DNA of 35,300 bases from Bacilli bacterium (GTDB lineage: Bacteria > Bacillota_I > Bacilli_A > RF39 > UBA660): NCBI GenBank assembly GCA_036642175.1, contig JAVWDK010000003.1, forward strand, positions 1 to 35,300, written 5' to 3'. The position numbers were made by a program, and so were the translations under genes. How positions within the stretch are numbered: the first letter of the stretch is position 1; each line of letters begins with the position of its first letter. Positions 16,896 through 26,951 of the stretch are shown in pieces. The notes beneath the pieces were generated by a model. It did not search any database, was not told where the DNA came from, and saw nothing but the letters and a program-made list of their open reading frames with translations.

Positions 16896-18161
16896 ATGAA
16901 ATATACTCGTTATGAAATTGGCCCATATAATCTTCACATCATAAATACAGATAAATTTAAAAGAAATGTAATTACCGTCAACTTCAAAAGAAAAGTCAAA
17001 AAAAGTGAAACAACACTTCGTAATATGTTAGCAAATATTTTAGTAAAATCAACTAAAAAATATCAAACAGAACGAGAAATGATTATTGAAACTGAAAATT
17101 TATATAATATTGGTTATTCTGGTGGAACTAGTATTTCTGGTAACTATTCAATATTATATTATGAAATGACATTTTTAAATGAAAAATATACAGAAGACAA
17201 AATGTCAGAAAAAACTCTTCAATTTTTAGCTGATATATTATTTAATCCTAATAGTACAAACAATAAATTTAACGAGAAACTATTTAACCTAGCTCAAAAA
17301 GAAATAAAATCAAACATAGAAAACTTTAAAGAAAGTCCTGAGAAGTTAGCTACTAAACTTCTTTATGAAAATATGGATAAAAAAGCTTCATATTCTTATT
17401 TAGCTGATGGTTATTTAGAAGACTTAGAAAAAATTAATGCAAGCAACTTATATCAATATTATAAATCAGTTCTTCAAAGTGATATTGTTGATATCTTTAT
17501 AATTGGAAATATTGAACCAGAAAGAATAAAACAAGTAATGGGCACTAATTTTTTAATCAATACCATAAAAAAACCTGCAACTTCTCATTATTTAATGCAT
17601 ACTAAATTTAGAAAAAGAGTAAAAACTGTTAAAGTTACTCGAAAAATAAATCAAAGCATTTTAAAAATCGGTTTTAAACTAGATAATTTATCTGACTTTG
17701 AAAGAAAATACGTTATAAATATTTATAATTACATTATTGGTGGTGGACCTGATTCTAAACTTTTTCAAACAATAAGAGAAAAAAATAGTTTGTGTTATCA
17801 TATAAGTTCCAAAATTAATAAAGTATTTAATGTCATGACAATTACAGCCGGAATTAATGCTATAAACTTTAAAAAAACTGTCACATTAATAAAAAAAGAA
17901 ATTAAGAATATGCAAAAAGGTGACTTTAAAGAAGAAATCATTGAGGCAGCAAAAAAAGTATATACAAGCAGTATTTTATCTATGCTTGATTCACCTTATA
18001 ATGTAATTGGTATATATGAAGGAAAAGAATATTTTAATACTGATTTAGTTGAAACTAGGATTGAAGAAATAAATAAGGTAACAAAGCAAATGATAATTGA
18101 AGTTTCTAAAAAAATAAAAATGGATACGATATTTTTGTTAGAAGGTGAAAATAATGAATAA
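16896..18161 (+). CDS. M16-family peptidase-like protein lacking the HxxEH zinc motif (YmfF-like non-catalytic partner)
   Basis: It has M16 size and organisation but no HxxEH motif. It overlaps, and is probably translationally coupled to, the following HxxEH-containing M16 gene, like the ymfF/ymfH pair of B. subtilis. Confidence 0.75.
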   Translation: MKYTRYEIGPYNLHIINTDKFKRNVITVNFKRKVKKSETTLRNMLANILVKSTKKYQTEREMIIETENLYNIGYSGGTSISGNYSILYYEMTFLNEKYTEDKMSEKTLQFLADILFNPNSTNNKFNEKLFNLAQKEIKSNIENFKESPEKLATKLLYENMDKKASYSYLADGYLEDLEKINASNLYQYYKSVLQSDIVDIFIIGNIEPERIKQVMGTNFLINTIKKPATSHYLMHTKFRKRVKTVKVTRKINQSILKIGFKLDNLSDFERKYVINIYNYIIGGGPDSKLFQTIREKNSLCYHISSKINKVFNVMTITAGINAINFKKTVTLIKKEIKNMQKGDFKEEIIEAAKKVYTSSILSMLDSPYNVIGIYEGKEYFNTDLVETRIEEINKVTKQMIIEVSKKIKMDTIFLLEGENNE

Positions 18162-19434
18162 AATAGAATTAAAAGGTTTAGATTTAGAAGCATATTTTGA
18201 AAAACTTACTAATGGTTTAGAAATATACGTAATTCCTTTTAAAAATGTCAATAATAATTACGTTACTTTTTCAACTAAATATGGTTCTATTCATAGTGAA
18301 TTTATTCCAATTAATAAAAATAAAATGATAAAAGTACCTGATGGGATTGCTCATTTTCTTGAACACAAATTATTTGAACAAGAAGATGGAACTGACCCTT
18401 TCACTTTTTTTAGTGAAAGAGGAGCAGATGCCAATGCTTTTACAACTAATTTAAAAACAACTTTTCTATTTTCTGGAACAGAATATGTATTAGAAAATAT
18501 TCATTATTTATTAGATTATGTTCAGTCACCATATTTTACGGATACTAATGTTTTAAAAGAGAAGGGTATCATTGAGCAAGAAATAAAAATGTATGAAGAT
18601 GATCCTTTTACAAGAGTAAAGGAACAGACTTTATACAATTTATTTGTTAATCATCCCTATAAATATTCAATAATTGGAACGACAGAAAGTATCAATTCCA
18701 TAACAAAAGAAGATTTATATACATGTTATAATACTTTTTATCATCCTTCCAATATGTTTATTGTAGTTACTGGTAATGTTGTACCAGAAACAATTATTGA
18801 AGAAATTAAAAAAAATCAAAGCAAAAAACAGTTTTTAAAACCTAAAAAAATCAAATTAGGAGAATATACAGAACCTAATCAGGTTTCAAGAGAATATGAA
18901 GAAATTATTCTTAGTAATGTTACCATTCCCAAAGTTGATTTTAGCTATAAAATTGATATTCAAAATTTAACAAAATTATCAATGTTACTTATCTTAAACT
19001 ATATAAAATTGTTTTTTTACATAAAATTAAGTGCAACATCTGAACTTTGCCAAAAATTAAAAGATGAACAGCTTATAACTGAAGATTTATATATATCTTC
19101 CGAATTAGTCGATAATTACTTAATTATTACAATTAATTTTGAATCACAAAAGTATAAAGAAGTTATAAATTTAATTAGACAAGAAATAAGCAATTTGAAT
19201 ATTACAGAAGATGATTTAATCAGAAAAAAGAAAGTTTTAACAAGTTCTAAAATTTATGACAGCGATAATATTTATAATATCAATAGTAAAATAATGAATA
19301 ATTTAATATATTATGGTAAAGTAATTGATAATGGAATTGATCTAATAAGAACCATTAATTTAAAAGATATGGAATATGTAATTAAAAATATATCGTTAGA
19401 AAATAAAAGCATATGTGTTGTAAAAGGCGAATAA
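18154..19434 (+). CDS. M16-family zinc peptidase (YmfH-like)
   Basis: The HFLEH inverted zincin motif is present (GIAHFLEHKLFE). I prefer the ATG at 18154, preceded by GAAGGTGA, over the GTG at 18145. The ATGAATAA sequence overlaps the upstream stop. Confidence 0.85.
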   Translation: MNKIELKGLDLEAYFEKLTNGLEIYVIPFKNVNNNYVTFSTKYGSIHSEFIPINKNKMIKVPDGIAHFLEHKLFEQEDGTDPFTFFSERGADANAFTTNLKTTFLFSGTEYVLENIHYLLDYVQSPYFTDTNVLKEKGIIEQEIKMYEDDPFTRVKEQTLYNLFVNHPYKYSIIGTTESINSITKEDLYTCYNTFYHPSNMFIVVTGNVVPETIIEEIKKNQSKKQFLKPKKIKLGEYTEPNQVSREYEEIILSNVTIPKVDFSYKIDIQNLTKLSMLLILNYIKLFFYIKLSATSELCQKLKDEQLITEDLYISSELVDNYLIITINFESQKYKEVINLIRQEISNLNITEDDLIRKKKVLTSSKIYDSDNIYNINSKIMNNLIYYGKVIDNGIDLIRTINLKDMEYVIKNISLENKSICVVKGE

Positions 19435-19606
19435 AATAAGAATAACTCATATGAATAATAAAAAAACCACCAGTATTTTATATTGATTCATTACTAATTT
19501 TATTAGTTCTATTTTGCTTTTAAAAATTTAAATTAATACTTATTAATAAAATATGTTGCTAAAATCATTAAAATATGTTAAATTATATATAGTTTGGAGG
19601 TGTTAT

Positions 19607-19819
19607 ATGCAAATATTTCTTATGGTAGTTGCCATATTATTGATTTCAATTGTTTTACTTCAAAGTGGTAAGGCTGAAAGCGGATCTGGTGCATTAACGG
19701 GAGCAAATGATAGTCTATTTGCTAGTAGAAAAGAACGTGGTGGGGAATTGTTTATAACTCGCTTAACTTATTTTCTAGGATTTGTATTCTTTGTACTTTG
19801 TTTAATAATTGGTTTTTAA
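19607..19819 (+). CDS. secG: Preprotein translocase subunit SecG
   Basis: MQIFLMVVAILLISIVLLQSGKAESGSG....FITRLTYFLGFVFFVL has the SecG two-TM layout with the LLQ.GK motif. GGAGGTG lies 6 nt upstream of the ATG at 19607. The track start at 19553 lacks a Shine-Dalgarno. Confidence 0.85.
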   Translation: MQIFLMVVAILLISIVLLQSGKAESGSGALTGANDSLFASRKERGGELFITRLTYFLGFVFFVLCLIIGF

Positions 19820-19873
19820 ATAAACATAAAAAAAAGAAATAGTAGATAACTTCTATTATTTTTTTCTTTATTT

Positions 19874-19882
19874 TGATATAAT
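19874..19882 (+). promoter_or_regulatory. Extended -10 element upstream of rlmN
   Basis: TGATATAAT, that is TG-n-TATAAT, lies about 20 nt upstream of the rlmN start. Confidence 0.4.
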
Positions 19883-19900
19883 CAATATAAGGTGAGTAAT

Positions 19901-20923
19901 GTGCAAAATATATATGGAATTTCTTTAGAGCAACTAGAACAATATCTTATAAATAAATCATATAAAAAATTTAAAGCAACGCAAATATATGAATGGCTTT
20001 ATAAAAAAAGAATTTCTAATTTTGACTTAATGAATAATATAAAAAAAGATTTAATTGATGAATTAAAAAAAGACTTTAGTATTAATCAATTAAAAATCAT
20101 TAATAAAATTGAGGATGTTGATGTTATAAAATATTTATTTCAATTAATTGACGGCAATAAAATTGAAGCTGTTTTAATGAAACATGATTATGGTAATAGT
20201 TTATGTGTATCAAGTCAAGTTGGCTGTAACATGGGATGCTTATTTTGTGAAAGTGGTCGCCTTAAAAAAATAAGAAATTTAACTACTGATGAGATGACTT
20301 TACAAATTTTAATGATTGAAGAAGATTTAAAATTAAGGATAAGTCATATTGTATTAATGGGAATAGGTGAACCATTAGATAATTATGAAAACGTTATGAA
20401 TTTTATTAATATTATAAATAATCCTAAATCAATTGATATTGGAGCAAGACATATAACATTATCAACTTGTGGAATAGTTCCTAAAATAAAAGAATTTATC
20501 AATAATAATAAACAAATTAATCTAGCTATTAGTCTTCATGCTCCTAACGATGAATTAAGAAATGAAATAATGCCAATAAACAAAATATATAAAATCAAAA
20601 AAATAATTGACATTATAAAAGAATATATCAATAAAACTAATCGCCGTGTAACATTTGAATACATCATGTTAAAAGAAATTAATGATACCGACATATGCGC
20701 TTTTGAGCTAGCTAAATTATTAAAAGGAATCAATTGTTATGTTAATTTAATTCCATATAATGAAACTAGTCATATTGAATATAAGAAAAGCAGCAAAAAT
20801 CAAATTTTAAAATTTTATGATATTTTAAAAAAAAATAAAATTAATGTAACAATTAGAAAAGAATTTGGTTCGAAAGTAAATGCTGCTTGTGGGCAATTAA
20901 GATCCCTATATGAGGAGGAATAA
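19901..20923 (+). CDS. rlmN: 23S rRNA/tRNA (adenine-C2)-methyltransferase RlmN (radical SAM)
   Basis: The radical-SAM motif CNMGCLFC is present, together with GIGEPLDN and the C-terminal ACGQL. The GTG at 19901 lies 5 nt after AAGGTGA. The track start at 19892 lies inside that Shine-Dalgarno. Confidence 0.92.
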   Translation: MQNIYGISLEQLEQYLINKSYKKFKATQIYEWLYKKRISNFDLMNNIKKDLIDELKKDFSINQLKIINKIEDVDVIKYLFQLIDGNKIEAVLMKHDYGNSLCVSSQVGCNMGCLFCESGRLKKIRNLTTDEMTLQILMIEEDLKLRISHIVLMGIGEPLDNYENVMNFINIINNPKSIDIGARHITLSTCGIVPKIKEFINNNKQINLAISLHAPNDELRNEIMPINKIYKIKKIIDIIKEYINKTNRRVTFEYIMLKEINDTDICAFELAKLLKGINCYVNLIPYNETSHIEYKKSSKNQILKFYDILKKNKINVTIRKEFGSKVNAACGQLRSLYEEE

Positions 20924-20925
20924 AA

Positions 20926-21660
20926 TTGGAAAGCTTTTATATAACTGACCCAGGTAAGGTTAGAGATCATAATGAAGATAATGTTATAATCGTAAAAAAT
21001 AAAACGGATGAATATATGCTTGCTGTTGCTGATGGAATGGGTGGCCATACAGGAGGTGAAATTGCTTCAACTATTGCTATTAAACATTTAGAACAAAGAT
21101 TTAAAGATTTAGAATCATTAAGTTCTAAAGAAGAAGGAATTCAATTTTTGAAACAAGTTGTAAGTGAAGCAAATGTTTTAATTTATGAATATACAAAAAT
21201 GTATCCAGAAAGCATTGGAATGGGAACAACAATAGTAATTGCTGTATTAACAAAAGAATACTTATTGTTTGGCAACATTGGAGATAGTTCTGGATATGTA
21301 ATAAAAAATGGTAAACTACACAAAATAACAACAGACCATACATTGGTAAATTTATTAGTTAAATCAGGGGAATTAACTGAAGAAGAAGCTAAAGATCATC
21401 CTAGAAAAAATGTTTTAATGAAAGCACTTGGTGCTAATGAAACAGTTGAAATGGATGTCTTTGATGTTGAACTTGATGTCAACGGAATATTTTTATGTAG
21501 TGATGGTTTAACAAATATGCTAAGTGAAGAACAAATAATGAAGGTTTTAGAAGAAAATTTAACTATAGAAGAAAAATTAAAAAAATTAATATATAAAAGT
21601 AACAATCGTGGTGGACTTGATAACATTGCTATGGCTTATGTAATAAAAGGTGGTGAATGA
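20926..21660 (+). CDS. stp: PP2C-family Ser/Thr phosphatase (Stp/PrpC)
   Basis: TDPGKVRDHNEDN, ADGMGGH and DGLTNM are present. The TTG start lies 8 nt after GAGGAGG. The gene is adjacent to prkC. Confidence 0.92.
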   Translation: MESFYITDPGKVRDHNEDNVIIVKNKTDEYMLAVADGMGGHTGGEIASTIAIKHLEQRFKDLESLSSKEEGIQFLKQVVSEANVLIYEYTKMYPESIGMGTTIVIAVLTKEYLLFGNIGDSSGYVIKNGKLHKITTDHTLVNLLVKSGELTEEEAKDHPRKNVLMKALGANETVEMDVFDVELDVNGIFLCSDGLTNMLSEEQIMKVLEENLTIEEKLKKLIYKSNNRGGLDNIAMAYVIKGGE

Positions 21661-23344
21661 AGTGGTAGTAAAAGGGCAAAAAATAAATGATCGTTATCAG
21701 ATTGTAAAATTAATTGGTGAAGGTGGAATGGCAAATGTTTACTTAGCACTTGATACAATCTTAGATCGCTATGTAGCTGTTAAAATATTAAGAGGTGATT
21801 TAGCTAATGATGAAAAATTTGTTAGGAGGTTTCAAAGAGAAGCTATTTCAGCAAGCTCATTAAGCCATCCTAATATTGTTGAAATGTATGATGTCGGAGA
21901 AGATAATGGACAGTATTTTATTGTTATGGAATATGTTGAAGGAAGAACTTTAAAAAGTTTAATAAAAAAAAGAGGAGCATTAACAATTCCAGAAGTAATT
22001 GATATTATGATGCAAATAGATTCAGGTTTAGCATGTGCTCATAATAGCTATATCATTCATCGTGATATCAAGCCACAAAACGTTTTAATTATGGAAGATG
22101 GACGTGTAAAAATAACTGATTTTGGTATTGCAATGGCAATCAATAGTCAAGAATTAACACAAACTAACTCAGTAATGGGTTCTGTTCATTACTTGCCACC
22201 AGAACAAGCTAATGGTAGTGGTTCAACAATTAAAAGTGATATATATTCATTAGGTATTTTAATGTATGAATTGCTAACTGGTTCAATTCCATTTAAAGGA
22301 GATAATGCTGTTGAAATAGCTATAAAACAAATGAAAGATCAAATACCTAGTGTCTGTAAAATAAATCCAGACATTCCTCAAAGTATTGAAAATATTGTCA
22401 TAAAAGCAACTGCAAAAAATCCTAAAAATAGATATGATAGTGTCAATGAAATGTATGAAGATTTAAAAAATTGCTTAGATCCGTCTATTATGCTTCAAGA
22501 AAGAATTGTTTATGAATTCCCTGAGCAGGAAATTGAAACAACTAAAGAAATAGTTAATCTAAAAGATGAAATATTAAAAGAAGAAAGTAAAGAAGAAAAT
22601 AAAGAATACAAACAAAATAAATTAAAATTTGCAGTTGTATTATCTGGTGCTATTTTTGTTGCTCTTTTATCTCTTGTTGGATTAATAATCATTTTTTATC
22701 CTAAATTTACAACAACTAAAGAACTAGAAATACCAGATGTTTCAGATAAAACCATTATTGAAGCAGAAAAAATTTTAAAAGAATTAGACTTTGAAGTAAA
22801 TACTGAAATACAAGAGAAAAATGATAATGAAATCGCAAAAGGAAAAGTAATAGGAACTAGTCCTATTAGTAAAAGAAAAGTAAAAAAAGGTACAACTATT
22901 ACAATTATTGTTTCTCTTGGTCAAGCCGGATTTACACTAGAAAATTATAAAGGTAAAAATTATTATGAAGTAGAAGCAATGTTAAAAGCTAAGGGAATGT
23001 ATGTAATTACTGAAAAACAAGAAGTATCTGATAAAAATAATGTTAAAGAAAATGTTATTTTGAGTCAAAAACCAATTGCTGGAACAAGAGTTTCTGAAGG
23101 CGATACAATTACTATTTCAATTCCAGATATTATAACTGAATACCCAGATTTTACTGATGGTTCGTGGTCTTTAAAAGATATTGAAACTTTTTGTAAAGAA
23201 TATAAAATAGTGCTTACTACTGAATATAAAATAACTGCAGAACATGCATCAGGAAAAATAATTAGTCAAAGCAGAAACAAAGGAAGCAAAGTAATGCCTA
23301 CAACTTTAAAAATTATTATTGCCACTAAAGAAGAAACGGAGTAA
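21650..23344 (+). CDS. prkC: Ser/Thr protein kinase with extracellular PASTA repeats (PrkC/PknB type)
   Basis: Hanks kinase motifs are present (GEGGMANVY, VAVK, HRDIKPQN, DFGIA). They are followed by one TM helix and then three PASTA-like repeats. The GTG start overlaps the end of stp. Confidence 0.95.
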   Translation: MVNEVVVKGQKINDRYQIVKLIGEGGMANVYLALDTILDRYVAVKILRGDLANDEKFVRRFQREAISASSLSHPNIVEMYDVGEDNGQYFIVMEYVEGRTLKSLIKKRGALTIPEVIDIMMQIDSGLACAHNSYIIHRDIKPQNVLIMEDGRVKITDFGIAMAINSQELTQTNSVMGSVHYLPPEQANGSGSTIKSDIYSLGILMYELLTGSIPFKGDNAVEIAIKQMKDQIPSVCKINPDIPQSIENIVIKATAKNPKNRYDSVNEMYEDLKNCLDPSIMLQERIVYEFPEQEIETTKEIVNLKDEILKEESKEENKEYKQNKLKFAVVLSGAIFVALLSLVGLIIIFYPKFTTTKELEIPDVSDKTIIEAEKILKELDFEVNTEIQEKNDNEIAKGKVIGTSPISKRKVKKGTTITIIVSLGQAGFTLENYKGKNYYEVEAMLKAKGMYVITEKQEVSDKNNVKENVILSQKPIAGTRVSEGDTITISIPDIITEYPDFTDGSWSLKDIETFCKEYKIVLTTEYKITAEHASGKIISQSRNKGSKVMPTTLKIIIATKEETE

Positions 23345-23346
23345 AT

Positions 23347-24171
23347 ATGGAAGGTCTAATTATTAAAATAGTTAGTAATGACTACACAGTATTATCAAAT
23401 AATAAAAATTATGTATGTAAAGCGAGAGGTAAATTTAGAAATTTAAAAATAACACCTTTAGTTGGAGATAAAGTTTTATTTGATGAAAAAAGCAAATATA
23501 TAATGGATATAAAAAAACGAAAAAACTATTTAGTTAGACCACCAGTAGCTAATATAGATCAAGCATTTATTATTACAAGTTCCAAAGAACCAGAGTTTAG
23601 TTCTAATTTATTAGACAAATTATTAGTTATAATTGAATTTAATAACATAAAGCCTATTATTTGCTTTACAAAATTAGATTTGCTAAATCAATCTGAACTG
23701 AATCTAATTGAAAATATAATTAATTATTATAAAAAAATTGGTTACGAAGTATATAAAAATAATGAATTAGACTTAATAAAACAAACTTTTAAAAATAAGA
23801 TAACCGTATTTACTGGGCAATCTGGGGCTGGAAAAAGTACACTTTTAAATAAAATAGATAGTACCTTAAATATTAAAACAGATATAATATCTCATAGCTT
23901 AGGAAGAGGAAAACATACCACAAGACATGTTGAATTACTAGATATTTTAAACGGTTTAGTAGCTGATACTCCGGGATTTTCTGCAATCACTTTTAATGGT
24001 ATGACAAAAACTGATTTAAGAGATAATTTCATAGAATTTAATGTCTACAAAGATAAATGTCAATATAGAGATTGTATGCATAGAAATGAAGAAAATTGTA
24101 ATATTAAAAACAATACTGAAATCTTAAAAAGTCGCTATGAAAACTACTTAAAATTTATAGAAGAGAAGTGA
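23347..24171 (+). CDS. rsgA: Ribosome small-subunit-dependent GTPase A
   Basis: It has a circularly permuted GTPase (NIDQAFII, TKLDL, GQSGAGKSTLLN). The C-terminal zinc knuckle is CQYRDCMHRNEENC. Confidence 0.92.
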   Translation: MEGLIIKIVSNDYTVLSNNKNYVCKARGKFRNLKITPLVGDKVLFDEKSKYIMDIKKRKNYLVRPPVANIDQAFIITSSKEPEFSSNLLDKLLVIIEFNNIKPIICFTKLDLLNQSELNLIENIINYYKKIGYEVYKNNELDLIKQTFKNKITVFTGQSGAGKSTLLNKIDSTLNIKTDIISHSLGRGKHTTRHVELLDILNGLVADTPGFSAITFNGMTKTDLRDNFIEFNVYKDKCQYRDCMHRNEENCNIKNNTEILKSRYENYLKFIEEK

Positions 24172-24174
24172 TTT

Positions 24175-24822
24175 ATGAAAATATCTGCATCATTTTTATC
24201 AATTAAAAGCAATTTGAAAGACAATATTAAAAAGTTGGATAATACTAACATTGACTATCTTCATTTAGACATAATGGATGGTAAATTTGTTTTAAATAAA
24301 ACATGGAATATCTCTGATTTAAATATATTAGCAAACCATAAAAAACCATTGGATGTTCATTTAATGGTTGAAGATATTTATGATTATATTGATTTATTTT
24401 CTAAATTAAATCCAGAATTTATTACATTTCATTACGAAGCAACAAAAGATCATTATTTAGTTATTGACTACATTAAATCATATAACATTAAAGTTGGTAT
24501 TTCTATTAATCCAGATACTGATGTGGAAGTTTTAAAACCATACTTAGATTTAATTGATTTAGTATTAGTAATGAGTGTTGAACCTGGAATGGGGGGACAG
24601 AAATTTCAAGCTAAAACTATCAATAAAATAAATCAATTAAAAAAAATTAAATTAGATAGTAATTATCACTACATGATTGAAATTGATGGTGGTATTAACA
24701 ACATAAATATAGAAAATATTGATGCTGATATAGTCGTTGTAGGAAGCTTTATCACAAATGATAATAACTATCAAAGCCAAATAAATAAACTTAGAAAAGC
24801 TCTTAAAAAGCAACCATTGTAA
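24175..24822 (+). CDS. rpe: Ribulose-phosphate 3-epimerase
   Basis: HLDIMDGKFV, MSVEPGMGGQKF and EIDGGIN are present. It follows rsgA, as in B. subtilis. Confidence 0.93.
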   Translation: MKISASFLSIKSNLKDNIKKLDNTNIDYLHLDIMDGKFVLNKTWNISDLNILANHKKPLDVHLMVEDIYDYIDLFSKLNPEFITFHYEATKDHYLVIDYIKSYNIKVGISINPDTDVEVLKPYLDLIDLVLVMSVEPGMGGQKFQAKTINKINQLKKIKLDSNYHYMIEIDGGINNINIENIDADIVVVGSFITNDNNYQSQINKLRKALKKQPL

Positions 24823-24838
24823 CAAAGTTGTTTTTTCT

Positions 24839-24866
24839 TTGAAATTAAGAGAAAATTTGGTATAAT
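24839..24866 (+). promoter_or_regulatory. Sigma-A-type promoter for the topoisomerase B-subunit gene
   Basis: TTGAAA (24839-24844), a 16-nt spacer and TATAAT (24861-24866), with an extended -10 TG. Confidence 0.55.
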
Positions 24867-24882
24867 AGTTAAGGTGAAAAGT

Positions 24883-26784
24883 ATGACGAAATATGATGAA
24901 AGTTCAATAAAGATATTAGAAGGATTAGAAGCAGTAAGAAAAAGACCTGGTATGTATATTGGGTCAACTGATAAAAAAGGCCTTCACCATTTAATATGGG
25001 AAATAGTTGACAATAGTATTGACGAAGTAATAAATGGATTCGGTAAAAAAATTAGAATAATATTACATTCTGATAAAAGTGTCAGTATTGAAGATGAAGG
25101 TAGAGGTATTCCAGTCGGACTACATTCTTCAGGAATATCAACACCAGAAGTAATTTATACAGTATTACATGCTGGAGGAAAATTCGAAAGTGAAGGTTAT
25201 AAAGTGTCTGGAGGTCTTCATGGAGTTGGTGCATCAGTTGTAAATGCTCTAAGCTCTTATTTAGAAGTAAATATCAAACGTGATGGATATGAATACTATA
25301 TTCGTTTTGAAGATGGAGGAATAACAAAAATTCCATTAAATAAACTAGATAAAACCAATAAAACAGGAACTAAAGTAAGATTTTTACCTGATAAAAAAAT
25401 ATTTGATTCTATTAATTTTTCTTATACAACCATATGTGAAAGAATGCAAGAAAGTGCTTTTTTACTTAAAGGATTAACCGTAGAAGTAATTGATGAATCT
25501 GATAAAAGGCATGATACATTTCATTATGAAAATGGTTTAAAAGCTTTTGTCGAATATTTAAATGATGATAAAATTCAGCTGCATAAGGTTGTTAATTTTG
25601 AAGGAATAAAAGATTTAATAAATGTTGAAATTGCTTTTCAATATACAGATACATATTCAGAAAATGTTATATCATTTGTTAACAACGTTAAGACAACTGA
25701 TGGAGGATCCCATGAAATAGGATTTAAATCAGCTTTAACTAGAGTTTTTAATGATTACGCTAGAACAAATAAACTATTAAAAGACAAAGATAAAAATTTA
25801 GAAGGAACTGATACAAGAGAAGGAATAACAGCCATAATAAGTTTACAAATACCAGAACAAATACTTCAATTTGAAGGACAAACAAAAGCAAAATTAGGAA
25901 CTCCAGAAGCTAGAAATGTAGTTGAAAATATTGTAAGTGAGAAACTTCAATTCTTCTTAGAAGAAAATAAAACTATCGCAACAAGTATAATGGAAAAAAT
26001 GGTAAAAAGTAAGCAAGTTAGAGAAGCTGCTAAAAAAGCTCGTGATGAAGCAAGAGCAGGTAAAGACAAAAGTAAAAAAGAACGTAGTTTAAACGGAAAA
26101 TTAACACCAGCACAAACTAGAAATCCTTTAAAAAATGAATTATTTTTAGTTGAAGGAGATTCAGCTGGGGGCTCGGCAAAACAAGGGCGTGATCGAAAAT
26201 TTCAAGCTATTTTACCATTAAGAGGAAAAGTTGTAAATACCGAAAAAACCAGAATGGAAGAAATTCTTAAAAATGAAGAAATAAATACAATGATTCATAC
26301 AATTGGAGCTGGCTATGGTAATGCCTTTGATATTATTGATTGTAATTATAATAAAATAATAATAATGACTGATGCAGATGATGATGGAGCGCATATACAA
26401 ATTCTTCTATTAACTTTTTTTTATAGATATATGAAACAATTAATTGAATCAGGTAAATTGTTTATTGCAATGCCACCTTTATATAAATTAACCATTGGAA
26501 AAAATATTCATTATGTTTATACTGATGAAGAAAGAAAAGAATTACTCCTATTAAATCAAAATCAAAAAATAGAAACACAAAGATATAAAGGTCTAGGAGA
26601 AATGAATCCAGAGCAACTTTGGGAAACAACGATGGATCCTGATAAAAGAAATCTTATTAAAGTTAATATTATTGACGGTGCCTTAGCAGAAAAAAGAGTT
26701 AGTATTTTAATGGGAGATAAAGTAGAACCAAGAAAAGAATGGATTGAAGAAAATGTTGAATTTTCATTGGAAGATAATTATTAA
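24883..26784 (+). CDS. parE: Type IIA DNA topoisomerase subunit B, most likely topoisomerase IV ParE
   Basis: GHKL and Toprim motifs are present (LEGLEAVRKRPGMYIGST, GGLHGVGASVVNALS, EGDSAGGSAKQGRDR, PLRGK, DADDDGAHI). The C-terminus RKEWIEENVEFSLE and GLHSSGISTPEVI resemble ParE more than GyrB, judged from memory. The gene is not at a dnaA/recF locus. The start is set at the ATG at 24883, after AAGGTGA. Confidence 0.85.
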   Translation: MTKYDESSIKILEGLEAVRKRPGMYIGSTDKKGLHHLIWEIVDNSIDEVINGFGKKIRIILHSDKSVSIEDEGRGIPVGLHSSGISTPEVIYTVLHAGGKFESEGYKVSGGLHGVGASVVNALSSYLEVNIKRDGYEYYIRFEDGGITKIPLNKLDKTNKTGTKVRFLPDKKIFDSINFSYTTICERMQESAFLLKGLTVEVIDESDKRHDTFHYENGLKAFVEYLNDDKIQLHKVVNFEGIKDLINVEIAFQYTDTYSENVISFVNNVKTTDGGSHEIGFKSALTRVFNDYARTNKLLKDKDKNLEGTDTREGITAIISLQIPEQILQFEGQTKAKLGTPEARNVVENIVSEKLQFFLEENKTIATSIMEKMVKSKQVREAAKKARDEARAGKDKSKKERSLNGKLTPAQTRNPLKNELFLVEGDSAGGSAKQGRDRKFQAILPLRGKVVNTEKTRMEEILKNEEINTMIHTIGAGYGNAFDIIDCNYNKIIIMTDADDDGAHIQILLLTFFYRYMKQLIESGKLFIAMPPLYKLTIGKNIHYVYTDEERKELLLLNQNQKIETQRYKGLGEMNPEQLWETTMDPDKRNLIKVNIIDGALAEKRVSILMGDKVEPRKEWIEENVEFSLEDNY

Positions 26785-26819
26785 AAACATTATATGTTAT
26801 AAAAAACTATATATTTAAT

Positions 26820-26845
26820 TAGCAATTTAATTTTGCTAGTTTTTA
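26820..26845 (+). terminator. Weak hairpin plus T-run after parE
   Basis: TAGCAA-TTTAATT-TTGCTA (6 bp) is followed by GTTTTT. Confidence 0.35.
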
Positions 26846-26890
26846 ATTTACAAATATATAAATTTTCATAGTTTATAACAAATAAAATTA

Positions 26891-26919
26891 TTGCAAATGC
26901 TTGTTTAAAATGTTATAAT
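26891..26919 (+). promoter_or_regulatory. Sigma-A-type promoter for uvrA
   Basis: TTGCAA (26891-26896), a 17-nt spacer and TATAAT (26914-26919), with TGT immediately upstream giving an extended -10. Confidence 0.65.
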
Positions 26920-26951
26920 ACATAACAAAAGGAAAATAGGATGATAAAAAA

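Noticed and set aside
19553-19606. An 18-codon N-terminal extension of secG appears in the ORF track.
   Set aside because: There is no Shine-Dalgarno at 19553. GGAGGTG precedes the ATG at 19607, which gives a typical 70-aa SecG.
17996-22692. Minus-strand ORFs 17996..18193, 20536..20733, 20815..21048, 21125..21343, 21396..21626 and 22510..22692.
   Set aside because: All are 60-77-aa antisense ORFs inside the M16, rlmN, stp and prkC genes. Their translations are low-complexity and lack start signals.
26785-26951. I searched for a LexA/Cheo box (GAAC-N4-GTTC) upstream of uvrA, and for CtsR boxes near the chaperone genes.
   Set aside because: No match was seen by eye. The absence is noted in a low-interest finding and is not claimed as a feature.
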